Assembly (NCBI GenBank): GCA_050248615.1
Contig: JBFWSA010000041.1
Location: forward strand, 1-17,584
DNA length: 17,584 nucleotides
Source of the DNA: Simkaniaceae bacterium
GTDB taxonomy: Bacteria > Chlamydiota > Chlamydiia > Chlamydiales > Simkaniaceae
Direction of reading: 5' to 3'
Of the stretch, positions 6,340-14,059 are shown one piece after another; the stretch's first letter is position 1, and each line of letters starts with the position of its first letter. Under the pieces are notes generated by a model. It was not told the DNA's origin and made no database searches. It was given only the letters and a program-made list of their open reading frames with translations. Both the position numbers and the translations under genes were made by a program.

Positions 6340-7387
6340 TATAAAATGAGCCGGTTACAACCGTTAGAGCTTTTTGAGCTCTTGCCTCAGCGTAAGCCTC
6401 TTTAAAGTTTAAGATGTGCGCATCTGGGATACGTTCCAGTAAATCCTCCGTGGGAATTAATCGTGGATGCTCAGCTTGAATGAGGACGATCCGATCGGCA
6501 TACGAGCGGATAATTTCAGCCGATTTCTCGACCTGTTTATCTTTAGACATCCCCAGCAAAACGTGGATTTTCTTGCCGGGGAAGTCTCTTTTAATCTTCT
6601 CAAATAAATAGGTAAATCCTGCGGGGTTATGGGCAACATCAAAAAGGATATCCCCCCGTCTTTCATACCGACAGGGGGGGCTTTTCCTTAGCCCGGCCTC
6701 GTCGGAATCAAAGGGGATGTGTTTGAGAGCTTCTCGAGCTATGCTGATATTACTTTCCCCCGCCAAGTAGACTTTTTCCCCTTTCTCTAGAATGGGTTTT
6801 AGGGCCGCTTTTTTCCCCACAACAACGGGGACACCCTTTTTAATGATCCCCGCTTTTTCTCGGGCTATTTCTTCCAGGGTCTCTCCCAAAATAGATTGAT
6901 GATCATAGTCGATTGATGTGATGATCGAAAGGAGGGGACGAATAATATTGGTCGCATCGAGTCTCCCCCCTAAACCCACCTCAATGACAGCAACATCGAC
7001 CTCTTCCTTTGCAAAATAGTCAAAAGCCAGCAGGGTGGTGATCTCAAAAAATTTAGGAGATTCAGAGAGTTGAAACAGCTTTTCTAATCCTTGAACGACT
7101 TCCTCTTCTGAGATCATTTCTCCATTAATTTGAATCCGCTCCCGGTAAGTAAAGAGATGGGGGGATGTAAAAAGACCTACCCGATACCCAGCTAAATGTA
7201 AACATTCAGCCAATTTAGTAGCGACACTCCCCTTTCCATTGGTTCCCCCAACGTGAATGGAGGGAAAATCATTTTGAGGATTCCCTAAAGCCTCTGCAAG
7301 CTTTAAGGGGCCGGAAAGGTCACTTTTTAGATCGCTGGCTCGATTGAGAGAAAAAAGGTGCTCTAACCATTGTTCGTAGGATTTCAT
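6293..7387 (-). CDS. folC: Folylpolyglutamate synthase / dihydrofolate synthase
   Basis: IHVGGTNGKGS, GLFTSPHL...RERIQING, FFE..T, EVGLGGRLDATN, ITSI.YDH...LG, EKAGIIK, DVAHNP, TGSFY. Confidence 0.95.
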   Translation of the reverse strand: MKSYEQWLEHLFSLNRASDLKSDLSGPLKLAEALGNPQNDFPSIHVGGTNGKGSVATKLAECLHLAGYRVGLFTSPHLFTYRERIQINGEMISEEEVVQGLEKLFQLSESPKFFEITTLLAFDYFAKEEVDVAVIEVGLGGRLDATNIIRPLLSIITSIDYDHQSILGETLEEIAREKAGIIKKGVPVVVGKKAALKPILEKGEKVYLAGESNISIAREALKHIPFDSDEAGLRKSPPCRYERRGDILFDVAHNPAGFTYLFEKIKRDFPGKKIHVLLGMSKDKQVEKSAEIIRSYADRIVLIQAEHPRLIPTEDLLERIPDAHILNFKEAYAEARAQKALTVVTGSFYIMSTIQPLRTSPSLQ

Positions 7388-8196
7388 GACGCCCCAAAAA
7401 GCTTCATCACAGCCTCTTCATCAACCCAGGAACATCCCAGTTGCACATGGGGTTTGACACTTCCATGAAAGTCAGAACCTCCACTGATTAACCACCCTTT
7501 TTTCTTAGCAATCTTGAGCCATTTTTTTTCTTGTCCATGATGAAAAAGGCCGTAATAACACTCGATTCCATCAAAGTCCATCTCTAAAATGGCATCCAAA
7601 ACCTTCTGTTTTTGGATGAGGTGGGGGTGGGCAATAAAGGCCTTTCCCGAAGCGGCATGAATCTTTTCAATCGTCTCTTCAGGGGTAAATGAAGTGCCCG
7701 GTTCAAAACATCTTTTTCCCTCTCCAATGTAGAGATCAAAAGCCTCTTGAATGGTGCTCACGACTCCGTGTTCTAGCATCAGTTGGGCAATATGGGGACG
7801 CCCTATAGAGCACTCACTTCCAAACCGTTTTAACTCCCCTTCTTCAATCAAAATCTTTTGCTCTTGGAGTTTGTGGAGGATCGCCCGATTACGCTCCCTG
7901 CGCCGTTTTTGGTGTTGGGCGCAAAAATCTAGGAGAGCAGGGGTGCGGTTAAAAGCATACCCTAAAATATGAATGGGATAGTTTTCATAGCGCGAAGAGA
8001 ACTCGACCCCAGGAAATAGACAGATACCGAGCCTTTCAGCCACTCGGAAAGTTTCTTCCGTATAGGCATCCACAGTATCGTGGTCGGTAATCGAAAGGGC
8101 GGAAAGCTCTTTTCTTTTTGCTTCTGCTAGGAGTTCTTCAGGAGATAGGGTCCCATCTGAACAGGTCGAATGGCAGTGGAGATCAGCACGATACAT
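7384..8196 (-). CDS. PHP-domain phosphoesterase, YciV/TrpH (RNase AM-like) family
   Basis: DLHCHS..SDG, ITDHD, GVE, HILGY, GRPH, IAHP, GGSDFHG. ATGA overlap with folC; 14-nt overlap with murB. Confidence 0.9.
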   Translation of the reverse strand: MYRADLHCHSTCSDGTLSPEELLAEAKRKELSALSITDHDTVDAYTEETFRVAERLGICLFPGVEFSSRYENYPIHILGYAFNRTPALLDFCAQHQKRRRERNRAILHKLQEQKILIEEGELKRFGSECSIGRPHIAQLMLEHGVVSTIQEAFDLYIGEGKRCFEPGTSFTPEETIEKIHAASGKAFIAHPHLIQKQKVLDAILEMDFDGIECYYGLFHHGQEKKWLKIAKKKGWLISGGSDFHGSVKPHVQLGCSWVDEEAVMKLFGAS

Positions 8197-9079
8197 CAGT
8201 TCCTTTCCTTTCCCATTGATAGGGTACAGGGCGCACTTCCATTTCGAGATCCCTCCCTGTTTGTTTTTTGATTTCCCCTTTTACTAAAGAAATAAGCTCC
8301 ATCACATCTTTTGCTGTCGCACTCCCTCTATTGACAATAAAATTTCCATGCTTAGTCGAAACCTCAGCTCCCCCGACCTTTTTTCCTTTAAGGCCACACT
8401 GCTCAATGAGGGCTCCTGCAGCGATGTCATCGGGGTTGCGAAAAACACATCCGGCACTCTTTTCCCCATAAGGTTGGGTCCTTGTCCGGTATTCAATGAT
8501 CTCCAACTGCTCCTCTCTAGCTCGCCCCCTTTTTCTGAGTTGAAACTCCCCCGCAACAATCATAACATCCATCTTTTGAAAGGAGGAAAAGCGGTAGGAA
8601 AAAGTGAGGGCATCCTTGGATTTTTTCATGACATTCCCTGCACCATCGACATAGGTAACTGACGCTAAGCTATCTTGGGTTTCAAAACCATTTGCTCCCG
8701 CATTCATGTAGATGGCTCCCCCCACTGTCCCGGGAATTCCAGAAGCAAACTCTAATCCACTCCACCCTTTTTTAGCTGTCTTTGCCCCAAGCAAAGAAAA
8801 AGAGTAGCCCGCTCCTACCTCAACTCTCCCCTCCTCAAAGTGGAAGAAATCAATTTTGTTTAAGATGACTAACCCGTCAAATCCCCGATCGTCAAAAAGA
8901 ACATTGGATCCTTTACCCAGGACCCAAAAAGGGAGGGCGTTTTGCTTAATATAGCGTGCCGCTTCTTGCATCTCTTCTAGGGTATGGACAGAAAGAAAAA
9001 ACCGGGCTTTTCCCCCAATTCCAAAAGTGGATAGCTCTTTTAAGCACTTTCCTCTTTCGATACGGTCTTCAATAGACAC
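8183..9079 (-). CDS. murB: UDP-N-acetylenolpyruvoylglucosamine reductase
   Basis: STFGIGG.A, LGKGSNVL, GLEFASGIPGTVGGAIYMNAGA, FSYRFS, QP....SAGCVFRNP, KHGNFIVN, LEMEV. Confidence 0.97.
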   Translation of the reverse strand: MSIEDRIERGKCLKELSTFGIGGKARFFLSVHTLEEMQEAARYIKQNALPFWVLGKGSNVLFDDRGFDGLVILNKIDFFHFEEGRVEVGAGYSFSLLGAKTAKKGWSGLEFASGIPGTVGGAIYMNAGANGFETQDSLASVTYVDGAGNVMKKSKDALTFSYRFSSFQKMDVMIVAGEFQLRKRGRAREEQLEIIEYRTRTQPYGEKSAGCVFRNPDDIAAGALIEQCGLKGKKVGGAEVSTKHGNFIVNRGSATAKDVMELISLVKGEIKKQTGRDLEMEVRPVPYQWERKGTDVSC

Positions 9080-9489
9080 TTAGACTCCTCAGATCGATGT
9101 ATCCCGTCTAGAATCGCATTCACAAACGCTCCACCTTCAGGAGTTCCAAACTTACGACTTAAACGAATCGATTCGGAAATAGCCACCTTCGGGGGAACCG
9201 CATCGTCAAACAGCAGCTCGAAAACACCCAGCCGCAAAATGTTGCGTTCAACGCGCGAGATTCTATTAAAATCATAGTCTTTAGAAAATTTTGAAATCAA
9301 GTTATCGATGCCTTCAACCTGCATAAAAATTTCACTCACACGATCGCAAGCTTGGCGCAAGGTCTTTTTCGTCACCATGAGTTGATCGAGCATGGTGGAT
9401 ACAACTTGTGCATCTCCTCCTCCTCCCAAATCCTGACTGAATAGCATCTGGAAGACAATTTCTCTAAATTTTCTTTGCGGAACAACCAC
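9040..9489 (-). CDS. nusB: Transcription antitermination factor NusB
   Basis: RKFREIVFQMLFS, VERNILRLG.FEL, PPKVAISE.I.L...FG, FVNAILD. Start refined to GTG 9489 (GGAAAGG upstream), 149 aa. 40-nt overlap with murB. Confidence 0.95.
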   Translation of the reverse strand: MVVPQRKFREIVFQMLFSQDLGGGGDAQVVSTMLDQLMVTKKTLRQACDRVSEIFMQVEGIDNLISKFSKDYDFNRISRVERNILRLGVFELLFDDAVPPKVAISESIRLSRKFGTPEGGAFVNAILDGIHRSEESKCLLKTVSKEESA

Positions 9490-9512
9490 TCTAGACCTTT
9501 CCTGTAAACCGA

Positions 9513-9563
9513 TTTTATACTCAACCAACTTTTGAAGTTGTATGAGTATGAAAAATTATAGCA
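9513..9563 (-). promoter_or_regulatory. Extended -10 promoter and 5' leader hairpin of the nusB-murB-PHP-folC operon
   Basis: Minus strand TG-C-TATAAT at 9563-9555, followed by the stem ATACTCA-TA-CAACTT-CAA-AAGTTG-GT-TGAGTAT (9549-9517): 13 Watson-Crick pairs with a 2x2 internal loop. Confidence 0.55.
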
Positions 9564-9630
9564 GATCCTTTCTCATCAAGGAAGTAAATTTAAGTTTACA
9601 AATGCTTATAAAGTCGTTAGAAAAAAAACT

Positions 9631-10107
9631 ATGATGGATTACCAGACAGAATTGCGTTTAGCCCTACATATTTTATTTGCAGGAGTCCTAGGAGCCCTCA
9701 TCGGATTAGAGAGAGAGCGCCATGTAGGCCTTGCAGGGATCCGGACCCATGCGGCTGTAGCGATCGGATCTTGCCTTTTTGGGTTTATTTCTTTCAATGT
9801 CTTCGGCCCCACCGATCCCAACGCTGCCGTCGGCCTAGCTGACCCTTCTCGGATTGCAGCCCAAATTGTGAGTGGAATAGGCTTTTTGGGAGCAGGGGTC
9901 ATTTTACGGGATAAGGGGCGTATCCGTGGTCTTACGACTGCTGCCTCTGTTTGGGCAACGGCTTCTATCGGCCTTGCCGTAGCCAATAAAATGTATATCT
10001 TAGCCATCAGCTCCACCCTAATTATCTTAGCACTCCTCTCCCTGTACAAACTGCCAGGTTGGATGAAGTGGAAGATGAAAACACGGCGCCATCACGAAGA
10101 AGACTGA
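9631..10107 (+). CDS. mgtC: MgtC/SapB family membrane protein (short form, TM domain only)
   Basis: G.LIGLERE, AGIRTH, DPSRIAAQIVSGIGFLGAGVIL, GLTTAASVW..ASIGLA. 158 aa. Alternative start at the adjacent ATG 9634. Confidence 0.93.
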   Translation: MMDYQTELRLALHILFAGVLGALIGLERERHVGLAGIRTHAAVAIGSCLFGFISFNVFGPTDPNAAVGLADPSRIAAQIVSGIGFLGAGVILRDKGRIRGLTTAASVWATASIGLAVANKMYILAISSTLIILALLSLYKLPGWMKWKMKTRRHHEED

Positions 10108-12452
10108 TATCTCACCGAAGCGGGAAGATTCACACCAAAACCTGTGTGTAAAAAGTTGCGCAAAGCATTCTTAACGCTCCGTTCATTTTTTCCAATTAAA
10201 CGGAGGGCATCACTTAATGGTTGGTAACGATCTGCAATAATGGTGCGCCCCGAGACCATCTCTGCACGCCCAATCACCGTCCCAATGATTTCATTAATCG
10301 CTTGTTCTGTAAGATTTTCTCCTGATAGGAGGTGGAAATAGACACGGGTCATGACATTCATCACAATCCCCCGATCGATATCGAGTTTGCAAGCCTGTCC
10401 AAATGTTGCCTGCATGAGTCTTTCTTCAGCGACCTCTCGAGGGAGATCCTCAAGAGTTTTTACAACAGCCCCTACAGCCATAAATCCTAATACACCTACT
10501 TCAAGAGCGCGCGTGAGGCGCTTTTTATCTTCCGCTTGGGGATCAACCCCTGCAAATGCCTCAGAAGCGTAGGCAAAAGCGAGTTGAAGCTGCCGATCAC
10601 TGATCACCTCTTTTCCAAAGTAGAACCCATTATCCTCTCTCCCCTCCATCTGGCGGTGCGCCTCTCCTTGAAGAGCTCTAAATGAAGAAACAGGATTCTC
10701 CATCCGATTGGTAAAAGCAAAAGTGCCAAACTTAAGAAAGAACTCTTTGACGGTCTGATAGTCGGTAAAATACTTTCCCTCTTTCCCTTTCAGTTTCCAT
10801 GCTTTTCCATCTAGAGGCGTAGAAAAAAGGCGGAGTGTGTGCGGGTATTTCTTTTCTAGCTCCATCAAGTACTGTGTCCGGGCTAAGTCCCCGCGTGAAA
10901 ATCCAGGATGTTCTAGGTTATGTTGGAGATGGAATCCCCCTTTTGCCTTCAAAGCATCCAAGTGGGCCACAAAGGTCATATCTCCAGTAGGTGTCGGACC
11001 AAAATACCCACGCATCCGGGCCTCTCCATAGACATAATCGCCATAAGCCATATCATGATTTCCGATCTTATAGGAATTATATTCCAAAGCTGTGCGCGGG
11101 TCATGACTCAAATAGGCTGCTACGGTTTTCTCAGGATACCGCACAAGAACATGAAGTTTTTCGATAAAAGACTCAATTTTATAACTCCAATGGTGCTTGG
11201 AAATCGTATCATCTAAAGCATCTGCTAAAAAAGTGCACTGCCCCTCTTCAGGCAACTCTCCACGCTCTTTCTTGACTTTGCTATGATAGAGCGCTCCTAG
11301 TTTTCCGAGTTCTTCCATCCCCTTAGCTTCCGTGCGCAAAGCCACCGTGAGATCTTGAATGAGGGCTACGATAGGATGCTCTCTTCCATGACGTTTGACG
11401 AGATCGCGATAAAAATCGGAGCGAATCATCTGATCGAGTCTTTCACGCACCTCTTTTTGAAGAAAGTCTTCGAGATGTTCTGCGTCCGGATTTTGAATCG
11501 CCCCGATGACGCTTTCATAATGGATGAAAAAGTTTGCATCTCTCAGCCTATCAATATGAAAAGATAGGTAGGCTAATCCCGCCTGAAACTGGAGATCTTG
11601 AGGATCTTTTCCTAAAACCCCTTTAGAAATCAGAAAGGATTCTAACTGACGTTTTCCAAGACCTTCTTTTGCGAGCTGTTCGAGAGACTCTTGGATTTGA
11701 GGAGAAAGCTGCTCTTTTGCTGCTAGATAACTTTCAGCTAGCTGCTCCCCTTCATAATGGGTGAGTGCCAACGAAAGGAGGGCTACAGGCACTTCGAGTC
11801 CGGGAATTTTCCGTGCCTTTCTTAAACATTCATGGGGTTCTGTTTCGACTATCTGAGCCAGGGCTTCCTGAACCTCGCTAGATTCAGACCTGAGTTCTGC
11901 GCGCCATAAATCCCCCTCAAATAGGGGAGCAAGCCTTTGCATTTCAGTCCTCACCTGATCAGGGGAATACCCTGCCACTTCAAGTACGGTTCGGTCTGCA
12001 TTACCAAAGACTTCCTCAACAAGCATCCGATAATCTTTAGAGATCGTTTCAGGAAGGACTGCTCTAAGGGCCTCTAAACGGTTTTTAGCAAGGGCCTCTC
12101 GCGCCTGAAGAATCTCTTCATGATGGGTACGTACCCGGTCTGTCACTCGAGAAGCGAGATTATGGGTGACAGGGAGTAAATGGCAAAGGGCTAAGATTGC
12201 CAAAACAATCGACATGATAAAACTAACAGGCTGGCTATAACTGTAGATTCCCCCTTGCACGGGCGCATTATCTAAAATTTTAATTTGACGCTCTTCAAGA
12301 AGGGGGGGTTCTTCCCTTTTAGGAGAAACTTCCACACATAAGGGAGCCTCACTCTTTGTTGCGACAAAGAGGGGCTTAGAGGGGAAATATAAGGCTTCTC
12401 TTGCTACATCATGAAAAGCTGGCCGCAGGACTACTGTCTCGCCCAAGATCAT
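10092..12452 (-). CDS. Large hypothetical protein with one N-terminal TM segment and a C-terminal CX5R motif (putative phosphatase effector)
   Basis: 786-aa ORF. Hydrophobic segment VSFIMSIVLAILALCHLLPV (residues ~76-95), helical middle region, C688-KLDID-R694-G at 10391-10368. AAAGGA abuts the ATG, so the in-frame TTG at 12446 is an alternative start. The CDS is secure; the function is inference. Confidence 0.75.
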   Translation of the reverse strand: MILGETVVLRPAFHDVAREALYFPSKPLFVATKSEAPLCVEVSPKREEPPLLEERQIKILDNAPVQGGIYSYSQPVSFIMSIVLAILALCHLLPVTHNLASRVTDRVRTHHEEILQAREALAKNRLEALRAVLPETISKDYRMLVEEVFGNADRTVLEVAGYSPDQVRTEMQRLAPLFEGDLWRAELRSESSEVQEALAQIVETEPHECLRKARKIPGLEVPVALLSLALTHYEGEQLAESYLAAKEQLSPQIQESLEQLAKEGLGKRQLESFLISKGVLGKDPQDLQFQAGLAYLSFHIDRLRDANFFIHYESVIGAIQNPDAEHLEDFLQKEVRERLDQMIRSDFYRDLVKRHGREHPIVALIQDLTVALRTEAKGMEELGKLGALYHSKVKKERGELPEEGQCTFLADALDDTISKHHWSYKIESFIEKLHVLVRYPEKTVAAYLSHDPRTALEYNSYKIGNHDMAYGDYVYGEARMRGYFGPTPTGDMTFVAHLDALKAKGGFHLQHNLEHPGFSRGDLARTQYLMELEKKYPHTLRLFSTPLDGKAWKLKGKEGKYFTDYQTVKEFFLKFGTFAFTNRMENPVSSFRALQGEAHRQMEGREDNGFYFGKEVISDRQLQLAFAYASEAFAGVDPQAEDKKRLTRALEVGVLGFMAVGAVVKTLEDLPREVAEERLMQATFGQACKLDIDRGIVMNVMTRVYFHLLSGENLTEQAINEIIGTVIGRAEMVSGRTIIADRYQPLSDALRLIGKNERSVKNALRNFLHTGFGVNLPASVRYQSSS

Positions 12453-12535
12453 TCCTTTTTTAACCGAGATCTTATTTAATATATCAAAAATGAAATTAAA
12501 TCACTAATATTAAAATATATAATATTATGCTTTAA

Positions 12536-13012
12536 TTATGAAATAGTAGATCTTAACATCCAGGATGTTTTTTCATGAACAGCTAAACGCTTGTTAAGAA
12601 AGTCGGCTGTAGCCCCATCCTCAAGTTTTTCGATAAAGGGAAGGTTTTCGCGGATATAACAAATCAGGGTCTCATGATCATTAAGAAGAGAGGATATCAT
12701 CTGCATCGCTTCTACCCTACCCTCCACCTCCTCGATAAAGGAGAGCTTCGAAAAAGCTCTAAAGGATCCCTCAGGGAAATAGCCCAAAGCACGCACCCTC
12801 TCGGCCATTTCATCAATGGCTTCTGCAAGCTCTTCATAGTGGCTCTGGAAAAGGAGGTGAAACGTTTGAAACTGTGGCCCTGTAACATTCCAGTGATAGT
12901 TTTGGGTTTTTAAATAGAGCGCGTACGTGCTTGCCAAAAGCTTATGCAACACATTCCCAATTTTCTCCCTCTCCTTTAGCCCTAGATTAACCTTCACTGT
13001 ATCCTTTTCCAC
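12536..13012 (-). CDS. dps: DNA protection during starvation protein (Dps, ferritin-like)
   Basis: LYLKTQNYHWNVTGPQF...HLLF...YEEL.EAIDEMAERVRALG, D.ATAD, HEKTSWML. GTG 13012 preferred (GAGGTG 5 nt upstream); the ORF track uses GTG 13018. Confidence 0.96.
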   Translation of the reverse strand: MEKDTVKVNLGLKEREKIGNVLHKLLASTYALYLKTQNYHWNVTGPQFQTFHLLFQSHYEELAEAIDEMAERVRALGYFPEGSFRAFSKLSFIEEVEGRVEAMQMISSLLNDHETLICYIRENLPFIEKLEDGATADFLNKRLAVHEKTSWMLRSTIS

Positions 13013-13023
13013 TGTCACACCTC

Positions 13024-13087
13024 TTTACAAGATATATCCTTCTATTTAAGGTGTGAATTTTATTTTTACAATGATATATTTCCTTCT
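13024..13087. repeat. Imperfect direct repeat in the dps / exonuclease divergent intergenic region
   Basis: TTTACAA-GATATA--TCCTTCT (13024-13043) and TTTACAATGATATATTTCCTTCT (13065-13087): 20 identical bases with two small insertions. Confidence 0.6.
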
Positions 13088-13102
13088 TTTTTGGAGTTGG
13101 CC

Positions 13103-13696
13103 GTGCTGGGAATCTTTCTCGATACAGAAACCAATGGCTTAAATGCCCGTAAGCATCACATCATCGAGATTGCCTATAAAATCCTTGATGTTCAAACGGG
13201 TGCTCTTAAAGAGTCCTATGAAGCAATCGTCTTTGTCCCTTTCGAAGAGTGGAAAAAAAGCGATCCCTTAAGTCTCAAGGTGAATGGGTGTTCTTGGACC
13301 GATGTGAAAGAGGGAAAAAAGCCCCAAGAAATTGCGGAAGAGATCAAACGCTCTTTTAAAACCTGTGGGATTCAAAGAGGTGAGGCTGTTTTCATCTGTC
13401 AAAACCCCTCCTTTGACCGCGCTTTTTTTACACAGATCATCGATGCAGACACGCAAGAATCCCTCAACTGGCCCTACCATTGGCTCGATCTCGCCTCGAT
13501 GTATTGGATGAAATGCCTTTTAGAAGGCTATCCCAAACCTTGGGAAACAGGGGTCTCTAAAAATAACATCGCCGCTGCTTATCACCTCCCCCCCGAAGCT
13601 AATCCCCATAAAGCAATGAACGGCGTCAACCATCTCATCACTTGTTACCAAGCTGTTGTTGGCTTTCCAGAAAAGCCCTCTCATCCAAATCGATAG
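13103..13696 (+). CDS. DEDD-superfamily 3'-5' exonuclease (DnaQ / oligoribonuclease-like)
   Basis: ExoI FLDTETNGL, IIEIA, ExoII QNPSFD, WLDL, ExoIII-like HKAMNG. Start refined to GTG 13103 (GGAG at 13093-13096), 197 aa. Confidence 0.88.
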   Translation: MLGIFLDTETNGLNARKHHIIEIAYKILDVQTGALKESYEAIVFVPFEEWKKSDPLSLKVNGCSWTDVKEGKKPQEIAEEIKRSFKTCGIQRGEAVFICQNPSFDRAFFTQIIDADTQESLNWPYHWLDLASMYWMKCLLEGYPKPWETGVSKNNIAAAYHLPPEANPHKAMNGVNHLITCYQAVVGFPEKPSHPNR

Positions 13697-14033
13697 GAAG
13701 GTTTTCTATCCCTATCCCTATCATACAAATCCCCGGAAGATCCCCCTCATAAAATGCTTGGATCAGCTGGTTTCTCTCGTCTCTATCCAAAGCGCGCCAT
13801 TCGAAAGAGTTTTCGCTATAGAGGTGGTGTTTACGCTGAAGAGGGGTTTCCCTATTGGCTACTCCATCAATGCATGCAGCCGCTAGGATTTCAAAAACGC
13901 CAAATTTTAAAGCCGAAGAAAAACTTAAGCTCGCCTTACCTTGAAGAGATTTAGCGACTAGGCTCGCTACAACCACCCCGAGACCAATAGTAATACTTTT
14001 TCCGACCATCTGTTTTGAATCAGGGGAGGGCAT
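13638..14033 (-). CDS. Small hypothetical membrane protein with two hydrophobic lobes (possibly a truncated remnant)
   Basis: 131 aa filling the gap between the exonuclease and holB. Hydrophobic ITIGLGVVVASLVA and ALKFGVFEILAAACI separated by a short polar linker. No clear RBS. 59-nt convergent overlap with the exonuclease. Confidence 0.6.
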   Translation of the reverse strand: MPSPDSKQMVGKSITIGLGVVVASLVAKSLQGKASLSFSSALKFGVFEILAAACIDGVANRETPLQRKHHLYSENSFEWRALDRDERNQLIQAFYEGDLPGICMIGIGIENLPIDLDERAFLESQQQLGNK

Positions 14034-14059
14034 AGCAAATAATCGAAAAAATAGAAACT

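Noticed and set aside
9639..10049. 136-aa antisense ORF over mgtC
   Set aside because: Shadow of the well-supported MgtC frame; no motif or RBS.
12453..12535. Very AT-rich spacer as a replication origin or ncRNA
   Set aside because: No DnaA boxes or stable stem seen; consistent with an ordinary promoter region.
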